Under the pieces are notes generated by a model, which worked only from the letters and a program-made list of their open reading frames with translations, was not told the DNA's origin and did no database searches. Shown here one piece after another: positions 43,941 to 52,673 of a stretch of DNA of 64,000 nt. The stretch's first letter is position 1. Every line of letters begins with the position of its first letter. Location of the stretch: NCBI GenBank assembly GCA_019358915.1, contig JAHHIM010000018.1:1-64000 (forward strand), read 5' to 3'. A program made the translations under genes and the position numbers. Origin of the DNA: Trichormus sp. ATA11-4-KO1. GTDB taxonomy: Bacteria; Cyanobacteriota; Cyanobacteriia; Cyanobacteriales; Nostocaceae.

Positions 43941-45332
43941 ATGTCGGAACTCTTAGCCATTACAGGAACCATCGCCGCGATCGCTACTGCTGTGATTCCT
44001 CAACAAGGTAGCGTTAATATTGTGCGGGTGTCTGGTTTCCAAGCAATGGCGATCGCCCACGCTCTTTTTCACGCCCCTGGGCATCAAGTTTGGGAAAGTC
44101 ACCGCATTCTCTACGGTCATATCCGTCATCCCCAAACGCAAAAATTGGTAGATGAAGCCTTGTTATTAATTATGAAAGCGCCCCGTTCTTACACCCGTGA
44201 AGATGTGGTGGAATTTCATTGCCACGGGGGAATTATCGCCGTGCAGCAAGTATTACAACTGTGTTTAGAAAAGGGCGCGAGACTAGCTCAACCAGGAGAA
44301 TTTACCCTGCGGGCGTTTTTGAATGGGCGATTAGATTTGACCCAAGCTGAAAGTATTGCTGATTTGGTGGGAGCTAAATCACCCCAAGCCGCTCAAACTG
44401 CTTTAGCTGGTTTACAAGGAAAACTAGCCCATCCTATTAGGCAGTTACGCGCTAATTGTTTGGATATTTTGGCAGAAATTGAAGCGCGAATCGATTTTGA
44501 GGAAGATTTACACCCGTTGGATGATGAAGCCATCATATCAGATATCGATAAAATTGCCGCAGAAATCACTAGGTTATTAGCCACAAAAGACCAAGGCGAA
44601 CTGCTACGAACAGGTTTAAAAGTGGCAATTGTCGGGCGACCAAATGTCGGCAAGTCCAGCTTATTGAACGCTTGGAGTCAGAGCGATCGCGCCATTGTCA
44701 CCGATTTACCAGGTACAACCCGCGATGTGGTGGAATCTCAGTTAGTGGTGGGAGGAATTCCGGTGCAAGTACTAGATACAGCAGGTATTCGGGAAACAGT
44801 AGACCAAGTAGAAAAAATTGGCGTTGAGCGATCGCGTCGTGCTGCTAGTGCAGCCGATTTAGTCTTGTTGACTATCGATGCTGCCGCAGGTTGGACAGAG
44901 GGCGATCAAGAAATTTACCAACAAGTGCAACACCGTCCGTTGATTCTTATTATTAATAAAATTGACCTTGTAGAAACGGCATTTATGACAGCTTTGGCAT
45001 ATCCTCATGAAATTGACCAAGTTGTAACCACAGCAGCGTCAAAAAATCAAGGTATTGATAACTTAGAACAAGCAATTTTAGAGACAGTGCAAAAAGGAAA
45101 GGTGCAAGTTGCTGATATGGATTTAGCGATTAACCAAAGGCAAGCTGCTGCCTTAACTCAAGCTAAAATCTCTTTGGAACAGGTACAACTAACAATTGCT
45201 GAACAATTACCTCTTGATTTTTGGACAATTGACCTAAGAGGTGCAATAAATGCTTTAGGAGAAATTACTGGAGAGCAAGTTACAGAATCTGTACTTGACA
45301 GAATTTTTAGTAAATTTTGTATTGGGAAATAA
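43941..45332 (+). CDS. mnmE: tRNA modification GTPase MnmE
   Basis: [25 protein letters not shown] and C-terminal FCIGK. Confidence 0.97.
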   Translation: MSELLAITGTIAAIATAVIPQQGSVNIVRVSGFQAMAIAHALFHAPGHQVWESHRILYGHIRHPQTQKLVDEALLLIMKAPRSYTREDVVEFHCHGGIIAVQQVLQLCLEKGARLAQPGEFTLRAFLNGRLDLTQAESIADLVGAKSPQAAQTALAGLQGKLAHPIRQLRANCLDILAEIEARIDFEEDLHPLDDEAIISDIDKIAAEITRLLATKDQGELLRTGLKVAIVGRPNVGKSSLLNAWSQSDRAIVTDLPGTTRDVVESQLVVGGIPVQVLDTAGIRETVDQVEKIGVERSRRAASAADLVLLTIDAAAGWTEGDQEIYQQVQHRPLILIINKIDLVETAFMTALAYPHEIDQVVTTAASKNQGIDNLEQAILETVQKGKVQVADMDLAINQRQAAALTQAKISLEQVQLTIAEQLPLDFWTIDLRGAINALGEITGEQVTESVLDRIFSKFCIGK

Positions 45333-45515
45333 TCGGGCGTTGCTAAATCAAGATATAATTTTATCTCACGCAGAGGCGCAGAGGATAAGACTTTTCAGTT
45401 TTTAATTTTTAATTTTCATATTTCAGTTTCGTGATACACAAAGTAGAAAATTCATCCAATTTTTGCCAAAAAAAACAGATAATATTTAATTAATCAAATA
45501 ATAAATTTAAAAAAA

Positions 45516-46286
45516 ATGTCTTTTATAGATAATATTATCAATACTAATGTCATGATTGTGGGAGCTAGTCAAGGCATTGGTTTAGGATTTGTCAAAACAT
45601 TACTCCAAGATGAGAGAATTACTAAAATTTATGCAACCTATCGTCAACAGGAATCAGCAGGTGAATTAATAGAATTAGAAAACAAATATTCTGGTAAATT
45701 AACTTGTTTAGCAATGGATATTACTGAAGAATCACAGATTGCTGAAGTTATTCAACGCATAAGTGCCGAAGTTAAGAAATTACACTTAGTGATTAACTGT
45801 GTAGGACTATTGCATGACGAAACTTTACAACCTGAAAAAAGTTTAAGACAGATTAATTCTGAAAATTTGCTGCGTTACTTCCAAATTAATAGTATTGGAT
45901 CTGTCCTGTTGGCTAAACATCTATTGCCGTTATTTCGTCATAGCGATCGCAGTGTATTTGCCAGTATTTCTGCTAAGTTGGGTAGTATTGGTGATAACCA
46001 ACTTGGTGGCTGGTATGGTTATCGAGCTTCTAAAGCTGCACTTAATATGTTTATGCGCACAGTAGCAATTGAGTATGCAAGAAGCTGTCCTAAAGCTTTG
46101 GTAGTAACTTTACATCCTGGTACAACAGATACACGTCTTTCCCGTCCATTTCAAGGAAACGTACCTGCACAAAAGTTATTCTCAGTAGAACGTACCGTTG
46201 ATCAATTGTTAGCTGTTATCGAACAACTTCAGGAACAGGATAGTGGACAATTTTTCTCGTGGGATGGAAGTAGGTTGCCTTGGTAA
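45516..46286 (+). CDS. SDR oxidoreductase (CsgA/C-factor-like)
   Basis: GASQGIG, YRASK and LHPGTTDT motifs. Confidence 0.9.
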   Translation: MSFIDNIINTNVMIVGASQGIGLGFVKTLLQDERITKIYATYRQQESAGELIELENKYSGKLTCLAMDITEESQIAEVIQRISAEVKKLHLVINCVGLLHDETLQPEKSLRQINSENLLRYFQINSIGSVLLAKHLLPLFRHSDRSVFASISAKLGSIGDNQLGGWYGYRASKAALNMFMRTVAIEYARSCPKALVVTLHPGTTDTRLSRPFQGNVPAQKLFSVERTVDQLLAVIEQLQEQDSGQFFSWDGSRLPW

Positions 46287-46335
46287 TTGCGTTAAGCTGA
46301 TGCTAGTAAAACCTACGTGAATGATACTAAAGCCT

Positions 46336-46671
46336 ATGAGGTTTTTTATTCCAGCAGCCAACGACCACACCAGAGCAGAGGATGTATATAATGCTATTGC
46401 TAAGTTTGCTCAAGCACCAATAACTAATAAGCGTATTTGGAAATTACGGTGGTTGGACAAGGGAACAAATCTGGAATGCGAAGTAGGTAAACCTTTACCA
46501 TCTTATTACCAAACTGGGAAAGAGTTAGTTTTGGCAATCTTTGATTGTGAAAATCTTTATAAGATTTGTACTCTTACTCATGGAGGAGTCAGGGGAGAAC
46601 CTATTTTGGTTGACAAAAACTCTCAATCTTCAGCAACTTATTTTTCAGATGATGCAAATACAAATAACTGA
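46336..46671 (+). CDS. Hypothetical protein
   Basis: Clean 111-aa ORF with no family recognised. Confidence 0.6.
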   Translation: MRFFIPAANDHTRAEDVYNAIAKFAQAPITNKRIWKLRWLDKGTNLECEVGKPLPSYYQTGKELVLAIFDCENLYKICTLTHGGVRGEPILVDKNSQSSATYFSDDANTNN

Positions 46672-46682
46672 TGCTACTAAAT

Positions 46683-48548
46683 TCAAATTCCATAACTAAC
46701 ACTGAAATAAAAACCATCATCCTGGGCATTTGTCCCCCGGTCATCTAAATTAATTAGGGGAAGTGCATAATCTAGCCTAATATTAAAACGTGGTAATGGT
46801 TGATATAAAACTCCCATTCCCAGACCAGCCAAAAAACTTTGTCTTTGTAAAATATTAGGATTATCATCAACATTCCAGACATAAGCTAAATCAAAAAATG
46901 GGGCAAGTTGTAATGTAGAATTACCTGTTGCATCTCGTTGTAATGTAATGCGGTCTTCTACAAAAAATCTGACACCATTGTCAGCAGCACGGACGTTTTG
47001 CCGATAGCCACGCACCGACTGACCACCACCAACTACAAATTGCTGAGAAGGTAATAAAGTATTCGGTGTGAGTTGGATCTCGGCTTGGGCAATTAATAAA
47101 TTATTTTGACTCAGGCGTTGCACCCTTTGCACTTGTGCCAACCAACTAAAAAAGCGACCATCGGGGATGGGGTCAGAGTTAATTGTCGCATCAAATACAT
47201 CAATTCCCAAACTAAATAGCGATCGCACTGCCCAAGCACCTTGAACATCCCGGCGGACATAATCTTGTCCGAACTTAATTACACGGGTGCGGCTGTTACC
47301 TTCCGCATCGGGGCCAAAACCAAAGGGTGTCGGCCCAGCAAAGGTAAAGGTTTGACCATTCTGAACGGCGAAACCTAATGATAAAGCGAATTCCTCACGC
47401 AGCGATCGCACTAGTGGTTGTCTATAACTAATTTCATACAGTTGAGATTCGCCGCTAATCTCGAAGTCCTGAAAATCCCCTTGAATAATTTGATTATTAT
47501 TAATTGAGGTTCGCAATTGTAAAGTGCCATTCATCGCATTCAAAGGCACTCGATAGCTCAAATCATAAATATTTGAGCCTCCCTGAGTTGTACGATAATA
47601 AGATGCAGCGATTTCATCACCCATGCCTGTGAGGTTGCGATAAGTAGCGCTGACACCCAATCTTTCTGAACCAATGCTAGGCGGGGAGTAATTGTCAATG
47701 CTTAATGTGCCATCAAAAGAATCAGCTTCAGTCACGCGAACTACCAAAACACTTTGACCAATACCAGTGCCAGGACGTAAGCTAGCTTCTACATTTGACA
47801 GTAGAGGATCATTTTGCAGCAATTTTAACTGGTCTTCTAATTTGGCTGTAGATAAAGGCTGGTCTACAACCAAAGCCACACGCGATCGCACATAATCAGG
47901 ATTTAAACGTTTTGTACCTTGGATTTCGATGTTTTCCAAGCTACCTTCAATCACCCGAATTTCTACAATGCCGTTAGTAATGGTTTGGTCTACTAAAATC
48001 GCTCTTGAGGTGATGTAGTTCTGGTTAAGATAAAGTTGGGTGATAGCATCGGCAACTTTTCTCAATTCTTCCAAGGTAACAGAACGCCCCTCTACTGGTT
48101 TAGTAATGGCATTCAGGATCTCTGCATTAAAAATTGTACTGCCTGTCACCTGAATTTTTTCTACCTGGATACTTATACCAGGTTGTGTAGGTAAAGCTTC
48201 TGGGGTGGGAGTCGGCTGCAAAGATGGTTCTGCATCTGATGGTAGGGGTTCTCGAATGAGTCCAGGTTGAGGAAAGCGGTTTTGGTTGCGATCGCCTTCT
48301 GGGTTTGGTGCTTGCGCGAGTGCTGGTAAGGTTAATAATAAAAAAGCAAAAGTCAGTAGATATCTTGCACCAGATAGCTGGAATTCGTGGCTACACAGGT
48401 AGGAAAGTAGAGGTTTCTTGGAGGGAAGTCCGCCTGTTAGCAACGATTTCTCATCGCCAAGGCTAAATATAAAATATGAATTGTTAAATTTAGGAGAATT
48501 AGAAAGTGTAATTAAAAAGTGATTATTTATAGGATTTTGCATTGTCAA
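46683..48548 (-). CDS. ShlB/FhaC/HecB (TpsB) two-partner secretion outer-membrane protein
   Basis: POTRA region (ITQLYLNQNYITSRA...IEG), GGQSVRGY motif and an aromatic beta-barrel end. The start is uncertain. Confidence 0.9.
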   Translation of the reverse strand: MTMQNPINNHFLITLSNSPKFNNSYFIFSLGDEKSLLTGGLPSKKPLLSYLCSHEFQLSGARYLLTFAFLLLTLPALAQAPNPEGDRNQNRFPQPGLIREPLPSDAEPSLQPTPTPEALPTQPGISIQVEKIQVTGSTIFNAEILNAITKPVEGRSVTLEELRKVADAITQLYLNQNYITSRAILVDQTITNGIVEIRVIEGSLENIEIQGTKRLNPDYVRSRVALVVDQPLSTAKLEDQLKLLQNDPLLSNVEASLRPGTGIGQSVLVVRVTEADSFDGTLSIDNYSPPSIGSERLGVSATYRNLTGMGDEIAASYYRTTQGGSNIYDLSYRVPLNAMNGTLQLRTSINNNQIIQGDFQDFEISGESQLYEISYRQPLVRSLREEFALSLGFAVQNGQTFTFAGPTPFGFGPDAEGNSRTRVIKFGQDYVRRDVQGAWAVRSLFSLGIDVFDATINSDPIPDGRFFSWLAQVQRVQRLSQNNLLIAQAEIQLTPNTLLPSQQFVVGGGQSVRGYRQNVRAADNGVRFFVEDRITLQRDATGNSTLQLAPFFDLAYVWNVDDNPNILQRQSFLAGLGMGVLYQPLPRFNIRLDYALPLINLDDRGTNAQDDGFYFSVSYGI

Positions 48549-48754
48549 TTTTGACTAACTAGCAATAATATTCAACCATTTTTCTGACTGCTTTACTTTG
48601 TTTTAACGTTTATGTAATAGGATTTGACTGGGAAGGATTATTTATTAAGTAGCTATAAATGCGGCTTACGGCTGGGCGATCGCTAAAGAGCAATAGAGAT
48701 CGCGCAATGATAAAACCAAAGATTTATACTTTTTTGGTACGCGAGGATTTTGAT

Positions 48755-49147
48755 ATGTTGCCCTGGACTAGTCTGATAACTGCTCTGACACTGCTACTGT
48801 ACTTGGTCATTACAATTAATGTTGGTCGAGCCAGAGCTAAATACAAGGTGCTACCTCCCCAAATGTCAGGAAACCCAGACTTTGAACGAGTGCTACGTGT
48901 TCAGCAAAATACCCTAGAGCAAATAGTTCTTTTTTTACCTGCTTTATGGTTATTCTCTTTCTACGTCAGCCCATTGTGGGGGTCGGGTATTGGTGCAATT
49001 TGGCTTGTGGGTCGCATCGCCTACGCTTGGGGATACTATCAAGCTGCCGAAAAACGGATGATTGGCTTTGGTATCAGTTCTGTTAGCAGTACGGTGTTAC
49101 TTTTAGGTTCGCTGATTGGTATCATCTTATCTTTGGTACAGTCATAA
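48755..49147 (+). CDS. MAPEG family membrane protein
   Basis: VGRARAKY, FERVLRVQQNTLEQ and GRIAYAWGY. Confidence 0.9.
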   Translation: MLPWTSLITALTLLLYLVITINVGRARAKYKVLPPQMSGNPDFERVLRVQQNTLEQIVLFLPALWLFSFYVSPLWGSGIGAIWLVGRIAYAWGYYQAAEKRMIGFGISSVSSTVLLLGSLIGIILSLVQS

Positions 49148-49224
49148 CCATTGCCACGAAAGAGGCGATCGCTGATACTCTCTATGCTAAAGTGCGATCG
49201 CATTAGCATTTTTTTGCTTGAGCC

Positions 49225-49477
49225 TAGCGTCAACCAGTAGGTGTTTGGCAAAGAAGATGAAAATTTCTGCCCCAAAAGCCTACCTGTTCTGGTTTTGACA
49301 CCTCTAGAATGAAAATCGAGGTTGACGCTAATATCCCAAACCTTTGCTAGAAGCTAATTTGAGTTGATTTCTCAATTTTCACCCTTGACAACCCAATGCC
49401 TGAAAAGCTACTTTAAGATGAGATTGACGCAACTGCACCTTGAAAACCAAATATATCAATGCTTTCACTGCCAAGCT
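49225..49477 (+). promoter_or_regulatory. CRISPR leader with putative promoter
   Basis: Non-coding region before the first repeat; TTGACA(49385)-N18-TACTTT(49409); 11-bp inverted repeat at 49225-49235 / 49320-49330. Confidence 0.65.
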
Positions 49478-50250
49478 ATTGCAATTACTCCTAATCCCTA
49501 TTAGGGATTGAAACATCCACCAGCGCCACCACCAAAGCACTCAACAATCACATTGCAATTACTCCTAATCCCTATTAGGGATTGAAACATCTGATTAATA
49601 CAAAAGAGGATAGGGTTTTTTGAAATTGCAATTACTCCTAATCCCTATTAGGGATTGAAACTAAGGACTTCACATTTATTCATGCTGCACACAAACAAAA
49701 TTGCAATTACTCCTAATCCCTATTAGGGATTGAAACAGAGCGCATTCGAGATGATGGGCGAGTTGAATTTATTGCAATTACTCCTAATCCCTATTAGGGA
49801 TTGAAACAAAACTTAGCACAACATTGAACATTGGCGACATTATTGCAATTACTCCTAATCCCTATTAGGGATTTAAACCCCACTGGGGATAAGCTGTACT
49901 TCCAAATTACCATTGCAATTACTCCTAATCCCTATTAGGGATTGAAACCTTTAATCTCCTATGCATTTGCCCATGAGGGTGGATTGCAATTACTCCTAAT
50001 CCCTATTAGGGATTGAAACGGATTCCAAGCAGTGCCAAAAGTGTAAAACTTCGATTGCAATTACTCCTAATCCCTATTAGGGATTGAAACCTGAATATGA
50101 GAATTTACTAATTTCTCTAATAGTATTGCAATTACTCCTAATCCCTATTAGGGATTGAAACCGCTTTCTCCTAGCTCTTTGGTGACAAATTCGTATTGCA
50201 ATTACTCCTAATCCCTATTAAACCAAGTTGCGGGTAATAGGGATGGAAAT
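49478..50250 (+). CRISPR. CRISPR array: 10 full 37-bp repeats plus one interrupted terminal repeat, 10 spacers of 33-38 bp, no cas genes in the window
   Basis: Repeat ATTGCAATTACTCCTAATCCCTATTAGGGATTGAAAC at 49478, 49552, 49625, 49700, 49771, 49842 (G>T variant), 49912, 49983, 50054, 50125 and 50195 (split). It resembles the type I-D-associated repeats of Nostocales. Confidence 0.98.
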
Positions 50251-50435
50251 AGAACCTTTTGGGAAAAGGTCAAAAGGTATCTAGCAATCCTATTTGATTT
50301 GCAAACAGCGAGACACTCAGAACCCCGATTTCTCCAAGAAATCGGGGTTTTTGTTTTGTTCATGATTTATTGTTGACCTGACAGCCAAAAAAGCGCGATC
50401 GCTATCACGGCTTTTAAATATTTTCCCGACTCAAT

Positions 50436-50825
50436 TTATTCTTCTTTAATCTGCAAACCCGCCTGAACTGGGTCAAATTTTTGGGGAAAATGGGTATTGC
50501 GATCGCAATCGGCTTTTTCTAATTTCGTTCCTTGGAGATTAGCATCTCTAAGATTAGCTGACATCAATAATGCACCTCGAAGGTCAGCATCTCTAAGATT
50601 AGCTTGACTGAGATCGGCAAAGCTCAAATCAGTTCCCCTAAGATTAGCACCCTGGAGGTTAGCTTCACTCAAATCAGCGTAACTCAGGTCACACCCTTTG
50701 AGATTAACACCTGACAAATCTGCATTACCCAGTTCCACTCTACTAAAGTCCCGTTGTCCCGCAGCGTACCTGTCTACGAGAGTAGCTGCTGTATTAACAA
50801 TATGTTGAGAATTTACTTCAGACAT
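50436..50825 (-). CDS. Pentapeptide repeat protein
   Basis: Tandem A(D/N)Lxx repeats and YAAGQRDF. Confidence 0.9.
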   Translation of the reverse strand: MSEVNSQHIVNTAATLVDRYAAGQRDFSRVELGNADLSGVNLKGCDLSYADLSEANLQGANLRGTDLSFADLSQANLRDADLRGALLMSANLRDANLQGTKLEKADCDRNTHFPQKFDPVQAGLQIKEE

Positions 50826-51096
50826 AAAACAGTCAATACCTTTTTGTTAACATTGACTCACAACAAGTGAATGCTGATCTCAGCTTAAACCTCATACTTT
50901 TCCCATCAGTACTGTAGTAGAAAGTGTTTATTGGTTATCTACCACACAAACTAATCATAGAACTGCTGATGTCAAAAATGCAGTCACAGATATAGTTCTT
51001 TGCACAATTGATTGATTTCCTCATGAATTACACAAATTCTTCTCGTAGATTCAAATATTTCTCAACTCCATAACAAACAAAAAGGAGGGCACAATT

Positions 51097-52317
51097 ATGT
51101 CATCCCTGAATTTATTAGCTGTTTTCAATCCATCAAATTACTGGCGAAGCGGTTACATCACTATACCCTGGCAAGCCAATATCCAAAAGTTGCAAATCCC
51201 TCCGGAAGAACTGGTAATAAGTGATCTGCGTGACCTTTCACATACACCGATAAATTTCCAACTTGACCGCATTGACCCAGAAGATCCTACCCGTGATACT
51301 TTGGTTTTGGCGCTATCAAATCCCATACCACCGGGTTCAGAAGATGATGTGCTGGTGTCTGGCTTCCTCAGAGTAGATAGGGGTCAGCCAAAGCAATTGG
51401 GAGTGGGTGAACCAAATATAGAAGTAGTCTACGGGTCAGATGGACGAGAACGGGGAGTAAGACTAATTAATAATCGCTTAATTGTCTGGTTCAATTTAAT
51501 CCCAGCACCTGAAGACAATGAGCGCAACTGGTTTTCTGGTTCAGCTACAAGTGTACAGCTTGACCACCAAGAAATTCTCGATCCTTTTCGGGCAGCCAAG
51601 GGCGAATGGCTAGGTCAAGACCCAGAAAAGCGTTGTATGCAGGTGAGTGAAATACAATTGCCAGGAACTCTCTATCCCAAATCACCTTACTATCAAGTTT
51701 CTTTGTTCAATCATGCTTATCGGCTAGTATCCCAGTCTAGCGGCTCAGTGCGAGCTACCATTACCACTGCTTCCGAACCCTTCGATTACATGGGTGCAGA
51801 TCCGGTTACAGGTACTAACCGTCACTTAGTATGCGAACTTTATCGGGTAATTAGCTTGTACGCTGGCGCAGACTACCTAATTGAGGAACTATTTGTTAAA
51901 GGTAAACCTAAGGGTGAAGAAGACAGAATAGAATCTACTCCAGAAGTAGTCCATCTCCCCTTTGGACTGCACTATTTTGCCCACATGAATATGGGACAAA
52001 CACAGGACATTGAGCAAGTATTTCCTGTACCCGATTGGTTTGCAGTGGGTTCCACTGCACCCCCCTACGCCGCTTACGGCTTGGCGACAAATTTGCACAT
52101 AGAAGCGATCGCCCATCCTTATGAAGGCAATCCTAGTCGTTTTTCCTGGCAGTTATTACCTGGCAATTATGCCAAGTGTCTACATATGTTCATGCGCGAT
52201 CAACCAGAAGGTTTTGATGCACGGATAGGTCATTTTTGGTATGAGTTGATTTACGGGCCACTGAGGGCAGAAATTTATCAGGATACTGAGGTGAAAATCC
52301 CATTAAAAAAGTGCTGA
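51097..52317 (+). CDS. Hypothetical protein (406 aa)
   Basis: Long ORF with an AAGGAGG RBS and no recognised motif. Confidence 0.8.
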   Translation: MSSLNLLAVFNPSNYWRSGYITIPWQANIQKLQIPPEELVISDLRDLSHTPINFQLDRIDPEDPTRDTLVLALSNPIPPGSEDDVLVSGFLRVDRGQPKQLGVGEPNIEVVYGSDGRERGVRLINNRLIVWFNLIPAPEDNERNWFSGSATSVQLDHQEILDPFRAAKGEWLGQDPEKRCMQVSEIQLPGTLYPKSPYYQVSLFNHAYRLVSQSSGSVRATITTASEPFDYMGADPVTGTNRHLVCELYRVISLYAGADYLIEELFVKGKPKGEEDRIESTPEVVHLPFGLHYFAHMNMGQTQDIEQVFPVPDWFAVGSTAPPYAAYGLATNLHIEAIAHPYEGNPSRFSWQLLPGNYAKCLHMFMRDQPEGFDARIGHFWYELIYGPLRAEIYQDTEVKIPLKKC

Positions 52318-52384
52318 GTGCTTTTCTAAGTGCTGAGTGCTGAGTGCTGAGTGCTGAGTAAGAAGAGTATGAAAATTGTTGCAC

Positions 52385-52461
52385 AAAAAAAAGACCCCCG
52401 GTAGCTAGCCAGCTAGCCGAGGGATTCTGCAAGTCGGTATTGTCGCACAAAGATATTCGCG
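52385..52461 (-). ncRNA. Candidate small RNA
   Basis: Minus-strand GC-rich hairpin plus U8 with no upstream gene on that strand; TATGGT -10-like hexamer at 52468-52473. Confidence 0.3.
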
Positions 52462-52673
52462 AATTTCACCATACCAAGCCGGAAATCAGAAAAGGTGCCA
52501 AAATGCCAAAACAATCTGAAGTCCTATGGTAAATTCCCAGGCTAACTCTAGAGACTGAGTAAGAATTTCCCCACTCTCCACTCCTCCCAAAGTGAGAGTT
52601 AAACTAAGATGCGCGGTATTGATATGAAAGCACGTTTAAGATCGATATAAGAAATATTTTTGTAGCTTAGGGC

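Noticed and set aside
49515..50194. Self-targeting spacers
   Set aside because: I noticed no match in the window, but the comparison was by eye and not exhaustive.
50436..52317. Genes beside the CRISPR array as cas or novel effector genes
   Set aside because: The neighbours are MAPEG and pentapeptide proteins. The 406-aa protein shows no RAMP, HD, RuvC or HEPN motif that I can recognise.
52190..52450. 86-aa minus-strand ORF
   Set aside because: It runs through a terminator and STRR heptamers (SALSTQH) and overlaps a real gene.
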